Assembly: GCA_032718475.1 (NCBI GenBank)
Contig: JAUCBJ010002326.1
Location: forward strand, 1-54,498
DNA length: 54,498 bases
From: Nemertoderma westbladi
Lineage: Eukaryota; Animalia; Xenacoelomorpha
Direction: 5' to 3'
Shown here: piece by piece, positions 25,569 to 37,559 of the stretch
How positions within the stretch are numbered: position 1 is the first letter of the stretch
Layout of the letters: each line of letters starts with the position of its first letter
Notes under the pieces: generated by a model
Databases searched by the model: none
The model's input: the letters and a program-made list of their open reading frames with translations, nothing else
Told to the model about the DNA's origin: nothing
Made by a program: the position numbers and the translations under genes

Positions 25569-25853
25569 TTATATATTTTGTAAGGTATAATGTAAACCTC
25601 TATCGCTGCGCTCGTTCGGTACATAAATAGACTGCCGGGGCCCTAAACCAACCTGGTTGATTGTATTGGCCGTTGCTTCTATTATAGCTGCACACCATTC
25701 ATATGCGCTGGCAGACGTCCCGGCATCGAACCGGTACGCTATACCGTCCTGAGGATGACTGATCATAAATAAGGGCGATTGTCTCGAGTCGTCTGGGAAG
25801 TTCATCAACCTCCAACCATTGAGATCAATCCATTTGTGTATCTCATGTTTAAA
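25569..25853 (-). CDS. RALGPS: RalGPS terminal coding exon (second half of the PH domain)
   Basis: Acceptor ttctag, then FKHEIHKWIDLNGWRLMNFPDD...LFMISHPQDGIAYRFDAGTSASAYEWCAAIIEA...QNI*. 285 nt, phase 0. Confidence 0.88.
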   Translation of the reverse strand, partial: FKHEIHKWIDLNGWRLMNFPDDSRQSPLFMISHPQDGIAYRFDAGTSASAYEWCAAIIEATANTINQVGLGPRQSIYVPNERSDRGLHYTLQNI

Positions 25854-26260
25854 CTAGAAGGGAGATAAACAAAAAGTAATTTGTTTGTGAGGCACTAACT
25901 TCTTTATTGAATCCTCCACAATCAGGAGATATATTATCTTTAAAACCTAATTCTGAATTGAATTGATCGGAACGGTTAGTTATCAAATGGTAGCGACGCT
26001 AACAGAACTGACCGGGTATATATTTTTAATATTTTTGCCTAAATCTTAATTAACGCAGTTTTTCAACCATTGGAGAATTTCCCGAAACGAAATATCCAGT
26101 TCCAGTTTCCTGCGTTCGCTCATGTGAACATTAGTTAGGATTCTGGTGTTTCGAATGGAACCCAAGAAACAATCTTATTTAATGACGTGGTTTTTAGTTA
26201 TTCACAAGTAAAATTTGTCACCATCAATAATGATGAATCTATTGACGGCGTGGAACTCAC

Positions 26261-26471
26261 GTTATGTCGTTTTTGACCGGGGATCGTTTTGGATGCGTAG
26301 AGTACCAGTTTGCTCTTGTGTAGCGCCACCCAGTATCTGGTGCAGGTATTGAATACGGGCCGCTTATAGCCTTCTTTGCAGATGGTGTATCGCTTAAGGA
26401 ACCCCTCTATAATAGGATCGTCTCGGTCGCTAGTCAGAGAAACTATGCTGTTTCTCGCGTGCGATAAACGA
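26261..26471 (-). CDS. RALGPS: RalGPS exon (first half of the PH domain)
   Basis: ttttag acceptor and gtgagt donor. IIEGFLKRYTICKEGYKRPVFNTCTRYWVALHKSKLVLYASKTIPGQKRHN resembles the RalGPS PH domain N-half. 211 nt, phase 2 to 0. Confidence 0.9.
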
Positions 26472-26911
26472 CTAAAATAAAATAAAAAAACTATAAATTG
26501 CGTTTTAGTTTACAATAAAGTACAATTTATTTAGTTATCATGGATAATTAAAATGATAAATTAAATTATTATTAGTTCCATTATCATTCATTACCATTGC
26601 CAAAACAAACCCCCAATGGCTTCCCTGAAAAATAATTTATATGATATTAATTTACGTAAAGATCAAGAGAACACACTTAAGGCCGGTTTAGACATGGGAA
26701 CTATTTGGGTAACTTGGTCAGCAACTATTATAGTAAATCATGTTGAGTAACTCACCAACTTATTCGCAGTTGACACGTTTAACTTTACAGAACTGCGAGA
26801 TTACACGGAGCAACTTGATATAACATGAGTTCAGAGCCGACAAAATTAGACAGGATAAGCTAACAAATAGTCAAATTGAAATAACCGTCGAATCCAACAG
26901 CTATACCGGTA

Positions 26912-27696
26912 CTCTATTTCACTATCTATACTTTATTTCACTAATTATTTATTATTTCACTATCTATACTTTATTTCACTATCTATACTTTATTTCACTA
27001 TCTATACTTTATTTCACTATCTATACTTTATTTCACTATCTATACTTTATTTACTATCTATACTTTATTTCACTAACTATACTTTATTTCACTAACTAAC
27101 TATACTTTATTTCACTATCTATACTTTATTTCACTATATAACTATACTTTCTTTCACTATCTAACTATACTTTATTTCACTATCTATACTTTATTTCACT
27201 AACTATACTTTATTTCACTAACTAACTATAGTTTATTTCACTAACTAACTATACTTTATTTCACTATCTATACTTTATTTCACTACCTAACTATACTTTA
27301 TTTCACTATCTATACTTTATTTCACTAACTATACTGTATTTCACTAACTAACTATACTTTATTTCACTAACTATACTTTATTTCACTATCTAGCTATACT
27401 TTATTTCACTAACTATACTTTATTTCACTATCTAACTATACTTTATTTCACTATCTAACTATACTTTATTTCACTAACTATACTGTATTTCACTAACTAA
27501 CTATGCTTTATTTCACTAACTATACTTTATTTCACTATCTAGCTATACTTTATTTCACTATCTAACTATACTTTATTTCACTATCTAACTATACTTTATT
27601 TCACTATCTAACTATACTTTATTTCACTATCTATACTTTATTTCACTAACTAACTATACTTTATTTCACTATCTATACTTTATTTCACTATCTATA
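26912..27696. repeat. AT-rich 19-23-bp minisatellite (intronic)
   Basis: TATACTTTATTTCACTA followed by tc, ac, tctaac or actaac; about 35 copies. Confidence 0.95.
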
Positions 27697-27751
27697 TTCC
27701 AATTCTGCAAAAAAAAACCGTAAAACCTGTTTCTATAAACAATCAACGCAC

Positions 27752-27943
27752 CGGACGTGATCGCCGGGGGTTTTCGCGGTATTATCGTCCCCGAGAGCGT
27801 TGCCAAGGTGATTGACGAGGATACCGTCGCCCTGCTGTTGGTCTACCTCCATGACGCTGTCGTCCAATAAATAGCGCGAACTGTGGCCAGGGCAACGGTC
27901 AAGTGACCCCGTATCCAGGGCGAACTCGGAACGCCCTTTATAA
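27752..27943 (-). CDS. RALGPS: RalGPS linker exon
   Basis: ttccag acceptor and gtgcgt donor. Contains RYLLDDSVME (RalGPS LLDDSV motif). 192 nt, phase 2-2. Confidence 0.8.
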
Positions 27944-28215
27944 CTGGAAATATAATGTTCTAGAATTGCAATAATGTAAGTCGAGAATGTTTGACAATAA
28001 TTAGTATTATCATACATTTTATTCCCATTTTACATTTTTTTATGAAATAAAAGCCAAAAGCCCCAGATAGATGTCTCAGATACACGGTGTTGTTGTTCTC
28101 TAACATTATTCAAATAATAAATATTGTAGTTCTGTTGTAACTCTGATTTGTTCCAAATAAATATGATATGTCATTCATAAATTTTCCTACTAGAAGATAT
28201 GTTTTCGTAATTTAC

Positions 28216-28296
28216 GAAAGCGACGTAGTGATCGGTGAACTTGTGAAACACGAACCACCCGAGTACACCAGAAGTCTCCTCTCTCTTGGATGTTCC
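28216..28296 (-). CDS. RALGPS: Probable RalGPS linker exon
   Basis: ttacag acceptor and gtaaat donor. 81 nt, open in the required phase 2-2 frame (EHPRERRLLVYSGGSCFTSSPITTSLS). No conserved motif supports it. Confidence 0.55.
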
Positions 28297-29202
28297 CTGT
28301 AAGGCGGGGAGAGCACTACACTAACTCCCAAGGTTGAATATTTACCCTAACCAGCCCTTTTCTTTACTCCCCCCAGCATATAAATGCCAGGATTCACAAC
28401 AAATCAAACATTATCTATCAAAAAGTATAAAATCAAATAAGATGACGAATTTAAAAACGTCTCGCGACAATGTAGATAGGTTATACCAGTATCAGCAGCA
28501 ATATTAGATTCAGCAGAAATACACACAGACAATACACCACCAACCGGAAATTAGTGTCGTAATTCAGTTACACAGAAACTCCTTAATAGTTAGGGTGAGG
28601 TGGGGGGAGTGTTGATGAATTACGATACTATATTCCGGGGGCTTATGATGTACGGTTGTTATAAAATATACAAAATCAAACAAATTAATTCAGTGGCAGA
28701 TTAACGTGTGACAATAAAAAAACAGCAGTAAACACAACAAACAAGATGACTGAAGTTACACCCCCCTGGGGGTATATGTGGTCACAATCGGTCATCCCAT
28801 TATGTGTAGCAACAAAAGGTTAATAATACGAAATAGCGATTTGATCGACAATCAAAACCGTTAGACCACGCAAAACCAATAGAAGTGAGATATACCGTGT
28901 TAATATGGGGTCCAATTCTTCAGTAGCCACTTCATCCCCTACAATACTGCAAGCAAACGTAAAGGTTAATTAAACATAAAAACTAGAAACGTACTTATTG
29001 GCGCAATACACAAGCGTCACCGTGTAGTATAAAGGAGCCGTTCATAAAGCAGGTAGGTTCGCAGACTATACGCACTTACGGGGGGGTAGGGGGATACAAA
29101 TATGAGAGACAGGGACAGGACATTGGATATGGGGTAAGAGGTGTTTCGCATTTTGTGACATACTATATGTGGATTTCTATTGGTGGACTACAACTGACCT
29201 AG

Positions 29203-29291
29203 CTCGGTATTACGGTTCGGTATACCTTTTACTCGGTATTACGGTTCGGTATACCTTTTACTCGGTATTACGGTTCGGTATACCTTTTACT
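29203..29291. repeat. 29-bp tandem repeat, 3 copies
   Basis: ctcggtattacggttcggtatacctttta at 29203, 29232 and 29261. Confidence 0.9.
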
Positions 29292-29548
29292 AAGTTTGTT
29301 TGTTTGTGAGTACCACGACGCCTCGCCAGATATTACGCTAAGAAATGCCAAATTATTTAAATTCGCCACGAGGGGGGGGGGGGGGGGGGGGGGGTCCCAG
29401 ATTATATGAAAGGTTGTGACAAAAGGGGAGACGGGGGCCAGAAATCTACTTATCATAATCAAAATAAATTGTCATAACAAATAATTACTCCCCATATTCA
29501 AAGAGTATTAATGTAATAATTGTAATTATTGCGTTGTGGATAACTTAC

Positions 29549-29728
29549 TGGCCACCCAGACTGTTTGATTTCTTATGCCGAGTTATGAAGGAGTTACCAG
29601 CTGTTATTGGGGACGATATAGTTGAGGTTCTGTCGATCGCAGGACTGGAGACCGGTGTCTGACTCGGAGACTCCCGGCTCCTGTTCGACTCTGAGATAGC
29701 CTCGTTCGGTTCGAGTTGCAACGATTTT
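29549..29728 (-). CDS. RALGPS: RalGPS exon (end of the GEF domain plus linker)
   Basis: ttacag acceptor and gtaagt donor. KSLQLEP...RHKKSNSLG resembles RalGPS SLKIEP and HRKSHSLG. 180 nt, phase 2-2. Confidence 0.88.
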
Positions 29729-30007
29729 CTGTAAATAAATATATTTTTAAATTTAATGAAATTAAAAATTTTACTAAAAAAATAAAATTTCAAGGATATC
29801 TGGAATAGGGAAATTGGCCTCGAATACCAAAGTTTTAACCGGAATGCGAGCACAATGTGGTGCTAATACTGCCGACATAGATTGGCAACGAATTCTATAA
29901 TATTGAAGAATTTTTAGACATACCGGTATATTATTTGCTCACTTATATACAAATTACCTACAATAAATTTTGGAATTCTTCTATGTACTTTATTTACTCT
30001 CACTCAC

Positions 30008-30133
30008 TTGTATAAATCGTCTTCCATAAATCTTTGGAATTCCTCAATGTATTTGACTCCTCGTAGGTAACTGTCTATGTGGGCAATCGATTCCAAGAAA
30101 TCATAATTAGACTGCTGGTACTCGGAAACAATC
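30008..30133 (-). CDS. RALGPS: RalGPS exon (C-terminus of the CDC25/RasGEF domain); most 5' exon found
   Basis: ccacag acceptor and gtgagt donor. IVSEYQQSNYDFLESIAHIDSYLRGVKYIEEFQRFMEDDLYK resembles the RalGPS YIEELQKFVEDDNYK motif. 126 nt, phase 2-2. Confidence 0.9.
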
Positions 30134-31429
30134 CTGTGGTAACAATTACAATTTTATAAATACTAGCTGGAATACCAGATAGAGTTCAAATATTTTCGAC
30201 GAGAATAAAAGGTCCACTAAAAACGAGACGGACGGGCACACACTTACGCGCTCTTACCCCCAGCACAGAGAAGATCTTCCCCGAGATATCGGTAGCCGTG
30301 GGGCTAGGCCCATTGGGAGCCAGCCCCCCCCCCCCCCCCCCCCCTCTCCCGGTAGGTAGGTATGTAGGTAGGTGTACAACAATGTTCACTTCTTCTACGT
30401 TCAACTAGTTATGCACGGTTTAAAGTGAGGAAGTTGGAGATGGCGAGTTATTGCTTATTGTATTGGATACACATACAAAATGAGGTTGAATTTATAAATT
30501 TCGTGCGTATATATATTTTCTATTTTCTCCCTTAAATTTTCCGCCCCATGCATTGACGGGGGGTCACCCCCCCCCCCCCCCCCTGGTCGCCTTTGTCAAA
30601 GGGCAACTGCTTTACTGCTAAATGCTCATGTTCGTTCAACCACAACCCTACTGTGCCGGATCAGATTATCATCCGAAGCATACAATAATTGATCAGATCA
30701 CCCAACACAAAGTACGAATTTATAATGCAAACTAGAAAGATGGCTACAACATGGTATACACAATGTGAAACAACCTGTTTGGAATACAAGTGTGTCAATT
30801 CAATGGTAATACCCCAAACCAACAACATTATTATCGAATACTAGGAAACGATAACGAACTTGTGTGTGGCACAACACAAACTTTGAATGGAAATACCCGA
30901 GTACCCCACCCCAACCAACTGCAACTGCCAACAAAAAACATCCCAGCCATTCCAGCGTAACGGTCGTGACATTCCGCATGGGTTTCCGGTATTAATGGGT
31001 ATTCTAAGGGCACATGGAAGAATGATATTGAAAAGATATTACTATGATATGATCCTAAGATATGGACCTTTAATAAAATCGAAACCGCACTGGAATACAT
31101 TACGTTTTATTGATTGTATTCCAGTTTAAAGTTGTCGTAACGGTCGTGACTGAAATGGACAAGCTTTTTAGAGACTCCTACACATTATAAATTTCTATCG
31201 AATTTACTGTACTTATTTAGCGCTACTTATGTCAGACTAACATGTTAATAGATAGAGTTTAAAATGAAATTAACAGTATGGCAATATAGTATCATTAGAG
31301 AATGTGGCAATCAATTAACCAGCGTAACGGTCGTGACATAGTTTCGTAACGGTTGTGACATTATCGATTTTCACATAAATCTGAATTTCAAAAAATGGTA
31401 AGGTATTAGAGTTAGGTATTGATATCGAT

Positions 31430-32515
31430 TTCAGGCAGGTTTTCTTGTACGCTGATTTTAATAGAAGGCTTTTTACATTCCGCAATTGAACACATCTACC
31501 ATTTTTGGTGCTAAAATGAAAAGTGCAAGTAACAAGTATTTTTCAAATTAATGAAAACAACTAGACTTGTAGGAATGGTATTTATTTCAATTACATATAG
31601 GTTTTCTGGTACGCCGATTTCATTGGAAGGCTTTTTAAATTCCGCAGTTGAACACATCTACTATTTTTGGCGCTAAAATGAAAAGTGCAAGTAAACAGCA
31701 TTTTTCAAATTAATGAAAACAACTAGACTTGTAGGAATGGTGTTTATTTCAATTACATACAGGTTTTCTGGTGCGCTGATTTCAATGGAAGGCTTTTTAA
31801 ATTCCGCAGTTGAACACACCTACCATTTTTGGTGCTAAAATGAAAAGTGCAAGTAACCAGCATTTTTCAAATTAGTGAAAACAATAAGAATTGTAGGAAT
31901 GGTATTTATTTCAATTACATACAGGTTTTCTGGTACGCCGATTTCAATGGAAGGCTTTTTAAATTCCGCAGTTGAACGCACCTACTGACCTACCGTTTTT
32001 GGTGCTAAAATGAAAAGTGCAAGTAACCAGCATTTTTAAAATTAGTTGAAACAACAAGAATTGTAGGAATGGTATTTATTTCAATTACATACAGGTTTTC
32101 TGGTACGCCGATTTCAATAGAAGGCTTTTTAAATTCCGCAGTTGAACACATCTACTGACATACCATTTTTGGTGCTAAAATGAAAAGTGCAAGTAACGAG
32201 CATTTTTCAAATTAGTGAAAACAACTAGAATTGTACGAATGGTGTTTCTTTCTCTATTACATACAGTTTTCCTGCTGTTCTGGTACGCCGATTTCAATGG
32301 AAGGCTTTTCAAATTCCGCAGTTGACTGGTTGAACATACCTACCATTTTTGGTGCTAAAATGAAAAGTGCAAGTAAACAGCATTTTTCAAATTAGTGAAA
32401 ACAACTACAGAACTAGACTTGTAGGAATGGTGTTTATTTCTATTACATACAGGTTTTCTGGTGCGCTGATTTCAATGGAAGGCTTTTTAAATTCCGCAGT
32501 TGAATACACCTACAA
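31430..32515. repeat. 162-180-bp tandem repeat, about 6.5 copies, completed at about 35393-35450 after an insertion
   Basis: gg(t/c)gctaaaatgaaaagtgcaag recurs at about 31507, 31669, 31831, 32001, 32171, 32351 and 35403. Confidence 0.9.
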
Positions 32516-33191
32516 CAGTCAGGGAGATCATCAAATTTGAGAATACCTCAAATTTCAAATTATAGACCCAATTTTGGAATTACCTCAAATTTAATACAAG
32601 GTTAGGTTAATTCTCTAAATTGGAGTTTTACCCCAAATTTGAATTTCATAGCAGCATAGTCAGATACAGACAGAAGTCATAGTTGGCCTTGCTGCCTTGT
32701 TCAGTAGTTGTTACTTGTTAGCTTGCTACTGTATTGCAAAGGTAAAAAAATAAACTGATGTAGGCCTAGTGTCTGAGTGTTGTGAAATATAATATTTAAA
32801 ACATATACAGTAGCCTATTAGTTTAAAAAGGCTTATACTTAAAAAGGCTACTGGTAGGGCGGTAGGCAGTAGGGGTGCATTGGGGTGGTATGATCAGATG
32901 GTAGACATATAAAACGAAGTACAGAGCTTAAAGAACTTATATTTTTATATTGTTACTTTTTTGCTTGAATATGCCATAAAATCGGGAGAAAAAGTCCTAC
33001 TGGTAGGGAAAAAGTTGTCCCCATAATATCTGAATATTGTAACTTGTTGTTGGGCACAGCTTTCGCAAAGTCGGCAACACAGCAACCTGCAATAATATTG
33101 AATAATATTGCCACATAATAATGTACCATAGAGCCATAATTTTGCATTGATTTTACTTTTTCTCCCAGTAAAAAAAGTAAAATAAAACATT

Positions 33192-33456
33192 GGCACTTGT
33201 GTCAAATAGGGGACCCTCCTAGCTCCTAACTGCCTAATCTGCTAATCCTGAAATCACCTAAACTAAAGTCACTTTCACTAGTGCCCGGTTACAGGGTTAG
33301 CAAAGGAGCAGGTTACAGAAGTGAGTTGAAAGTAACCAAAAAACAATAAACAAGAGTTAGGAATATTGATATCACCTGCACTAAATTTCAGGATAAGCTG
33401 GTGATTTCAGGATTAGCAGATTAGGAGGGTCACCTATTTGATTTGACACAAGTGCC
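33192..33456. mobile_element. MITE (GG ends, 8-bp TSD; Merlin- or MULE-like)
   Basis: TIR ggcacttgtgtcaaat / atttgacacaagtgcc, with further inverted blocks (cctaatctgctaatcctgaaatcacc). TSD aaaacatt / aaaatatt (7 of 8 match). Confidence 0.8.
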
Positions 33457-33924
33457 AAAATATTTTTGGTGGAATTTCTAAAATTTCATTGAATGTGTTG
33501 ATCAAAATTTTTGATCGAAAGTTGAGCAAAATCCATCCCTACACACTATTGCAATGCAAATTTAATGCCTGCAAGGTGTACTCCAGAGATGAGATAAAGC
33601 CTCGAGAATAGGTTAGTGAAAAAGGTTATACTTTTTGCCCAAGTTATAAATGATTCTGGTTCCTCATAAGGTCAATTTAAAAGCATGTATGTATGTATAG
33701 ATAGTATAAACAAACAGTCATTTAGATTTCTAAAACATTTCAGATGTCTTGATAAGAAAGCAGAGTCTAAAGACTGTTTAAACGAATAGCGATTAGTGAT
33801 GATGTTGTTTCTACTGTGTTCCAGGTCCAGCATGTTCCATATGTTAATGGCCCTGATAACTGGATAAAGAAGAGGTGATGTATGGAACATGCAGACATGG
33901 GAGCATGGGCAGATGGGCGGGGCA

Positions 33925-34392
33925 GGGTCCTACGAATTACCCCAAAATACCCCAAAACACTCCAAAATACCCCAAAATAGTCAAAAATTACCCCAAAATA
34001 CCCCAAAAAGGCTAAAAAATTACCCCAAAATACCCCAAAATAATCTAACAATGGTTTTTAACAGCGAGGGAAAGGAGCAGGTTACAGTGGCAAGTTTTTT
34101 TAACCAAAACAATAAACGAGAGTGAAGAAAAAAATTTTAATTATTTTGGGGTAATTCGTCATTTTACCATATTTTGGGGTAAATTAAATTTCCAAAACAA
34201 AGGCTCAAAAAAAAGTATTTTGGGGTAATTCTAAACTATTTTGGGGTATTTTGGGGTAATTCTAAACTATTTTGGGGTATTTTGGGGTAGTTTTATACTA
34301 TTTTGGGGTCTTTTGGGGTGTTTTGGGGTATTTTGGGGTGTTTTGGGGTATTTTGGGGTGTTTTGGGGTATTTTGGGGTAATTCGTAGGACC
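33925..34392. mobile_element. MITE / foldback element with a 9-bp TSD (Mutator-like)
   Basis: TIR ggtcctacgaattacccc / ggggtaattcgtaggacc. Arms are built of TACCCCAAAA / TTTTGGGGTA repeats. TSD GGCGGGGCA at 33916-33924 and 34393-34401. Confidence 0.88.
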
Positions 34393-37300
34393 GGCGGGGC
34401 ATGGCCTTTAGAGTCTCCAGTCGTATAGAATAACTAACAAAAGAATCAAGTCCACATATATTGTATAAACCACGTCAACCTTTGCGGCAACATTTCTCTA
34501 GAAATGGGCTCCAAACTGTGGAAGAATGATGGTACAGTATTCCAATTGACAGATAGAGCTAGGGCAGGCGAATATTACATAAGTCTTCAGGCTGTCAGGG
34601 GAGGAATGGCTTCATTTGATGTACAAAGTTTTAAAGAGGACATCAACAACCAGAAAACATATTTTTTTCCGAAGATGTGTGATATGAATGATGAACAGAA
34701 CATATGAATGCCAGAATATGTAAACTTCCAAATTCTGGAATTGATTCAACATCCTGACATCTACAAGATATAGTAGGCCTTCCTGAGTCTGTGACTGTCT
34801 GACTGTGCAGCTGTGTGAGCTTGAATCTCGCAACAGTGAGGCTTTGGTCTACTGTTCTTCTTACCAACAGTACAGCAGTAAGGCTGTAAGGATAGCGAAT
34901 TTCTGTAGTCTTCTGCATTTTTCTCACCAATCACTAAAGGAGTTAACAATCATTAAAGTTATTAAACATGTCATGTCACATTGGTCACTGGTTACACTGG
35001 TCACCCATTATCACCAAGCTCTATAAGCACCAAGCAGCAAAGCCTACTGCTACACCCTACTGCTAGCAGGCTGGTGATGTTGTAAAGACTGGCGAAATTT
35101 GAGGTTTTATATCAAATTTGAGGTTTAACCTCAAATTTCAATTTTCGCCCCCAATAAAAGCATGTTTGCATCGGTGAAATATTTTATTGCATCGATGAAA
35201 GTTCTTATTTTACATTATATTTTAACATATTAAAAGTAGAAGTTGCTCCAACAGTTTCCCTAAGTCGCAGCAACACTCGATATTATGAGCCTAAAAATAC
35301 CTCAAATTTGAACAAAAAACCCCAATTTTCGACAGCCTATTACCAGAATTCGAAATTTGGGGTAACCCCAAAATTGATGATCTCCCTGACTGTACAATGT
35401 TCGGTGCTAAAATGAAAAGTGCAAGAGTAAATAAACATAATTTTTCAAATTTTGCAGATTATATGTAAGCAGCCATACGTTCTACTGTTCTATGTAGTAT
35501 TGTAAGCTGATATTTTGGTTTTTATGTGGACTACCTGATTACAGTATAATTATAATTACATCCCACTGCAGCAGTGGTATCATAAATGATACAAATTAAT
35601 TTATACTGTATAATAATGATTCCTAAGTTTGTGTCACAACCGTTACGGTCATAAGTGCTCTTATGGCACATTATAGGTTAAGAAGAAACCTTTGTACACC
35701 CAATATTACAATTATCACTTTGTGTGGAATCATATTCCAAAATGTAATCTAAATGGAGAGTAAAAAAGACGACCTTTCGTTCCTTGAATTATACATGCTA
35801 TGCTAATATTCCCATTTCCCACATGTTAATGTCACGACCGTTACGCTCATTACTACAACTGGAACATACAGTCAAGTTAAACTATATGACTCAAACAATT
35901 GATACGAACCACCTAACGATAGATATAAAAGATTATAACCATTACTGCCGGGGATATGGAGATATTGGAAAAACTTGTTCTTCAGCGTAACGGTCGTGAC
36001 ATATTTTCCATCCACTCATTACAATGCTATTAGAAAAATATTTATTAGTTGTACATTATTTAACCGACATAGCTAATTACTACATAGATATAAGATTCTG
36101 AAAAACATATGGCATTGCCAGTTTGGTAATTATCATGCCATTTTGGTTTGTATGTAATTATGCCAACAATATTGAATTTTTGGCATTTTTTAAATCACAT
36201 TTTGCGGACGCTGTAAAAAAAAATTGGCGAGGGTTATGGAACATTTGAAAGCAGTTTTATGAACCACAATATGTGTGCTACACACTCAATACAAAATAAA
36301 TGCATTTCTAAGTACTTTCATTTTTCACCAAAAGGTTTACTTTTGCTTGGAATGGCTGATATCCACAGTCAACACCTCAACCACTCTGCATCAGCACAAG
36401 ATCACGTTGGGACAACATGTCTTGTGAATGGTTGTTTCCAGCTGGAGTGCTAATAGTAACTGGAGGTAGTAAGTGATTGGCCAAAAAAAGATATCCAACC
36501 AAGTGTCAGATTCAAGGATGGAAGAGAATCCAACTAATTCCAAAAGCTGATGCAATCACATTTTACAGTCCATTCCATTTACACAAAGTGTACGGGCACC
36601 GGTCGGTACTTACGATAAGACTGAGCTACATTAAATTAAGGATACATTAATTACATGTAGATAGATGGATGTAGATGTGTAATAAAAAAAATCACTGTAT
36701 AATTGAAATTACAATCTGTTCAGGTAGGCCTACCTTCGACTGCGCTGCGGTTTGCGGAATGTTGCCTATGAAACTACGGGTGCTGACTGCTGAGTGCTGA
36801 CTTTACACTTTAATCACATACCGGTACCCTGATTCTAGCATTGCTAAATACAAAGTACTACATAATAATTACTGCCGTGTATAATAATGCTGAAACGTTA
36901 ACTCAAACATATTCTGATAATGCTACAATGTTATCTAGAATTACTGAGTGATAAAATTCCATTATAACATAATAACTGCAGAACGGTACAAGCGATATAA
37001 TTACAAATAATAATAATTAATACCATACACATACACCCATGTCAATCAATCAAAACACTACTCAGCTACTTTGCACTTTCCAGTAACGGTACTTGGAAAA
37101 ATAGTGGCGTGATGCCCGTATGTGGGACAAAGTGCATAGTTCAATAGATCACACCACCACACTATCAGTGTTGTAGGTTAAGGTTGTGTTGTGGTTGTGT
37201 TGTGCTTAAAGTGCAGTGCATATTATATACTGTCTGACTGTATATAATGAATGTCAAGGTACTTAGCGGATTAATCCCGAGTAGATGTGTAAGTAGGACT

Positions 37301-37559
37301 AATCTCCAACCAACCTAATTAGTTACTGTAGGCTTTCATTTTACATTTTAGGTCCAATATTTGCACAGACAATTTTTCATGTGTAAAAATCATGTGTGAT
37401 GATGTGATAACATTGAAAATGTGGATGATGGAAATAAAGATTTCTTGGAATTATTAACAATACATATTGCATTGTTGTCAGGAACATTTGAATGCTGGAA
37501 TGAACCTTGGATCGGAGAAACTATAAAAACGACGCGATCTGTTCAATAACTTATAAACT

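Larger units (their letters stand above)
32516..35392. mobile_element. TIR DNA transposon, non-autonomous, with a 5-bp TSD
   Basis: TIR CAGTCAGGGAGATCATCAA / TTGATGATCTCCCTGACTG. TSD TACAA at 32511-32515 and 35393-35397. Subterminal cctcaaattt/aaatttgagg repeats at both ends. It interrupts one unit of the host tandem repeat. Confidence 0.88.
30944..36358. mobile_element. Putative non-autonomous TIR element with CGTAACGGTCGTGAC subterminal repeats
   Basis: 11-bp inverted ends CAGCCATTCCA / TGGAATGGCTG. The motif cgtaacggtYgtgac is forward at about 30956, 31136, 31323, 31345 and 35986, and inverted at about 35633 and 35831. No clear TSD. Confidence 0.55.

Noticed and set aside
34071-34117. The cassette as a spliced-leader RNA or snRNA gene (CAG|GT looks like a splice donor)
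   Set aside because: No conserved Sm site or stem-loops, and the GT is lost in the 40602 copy.
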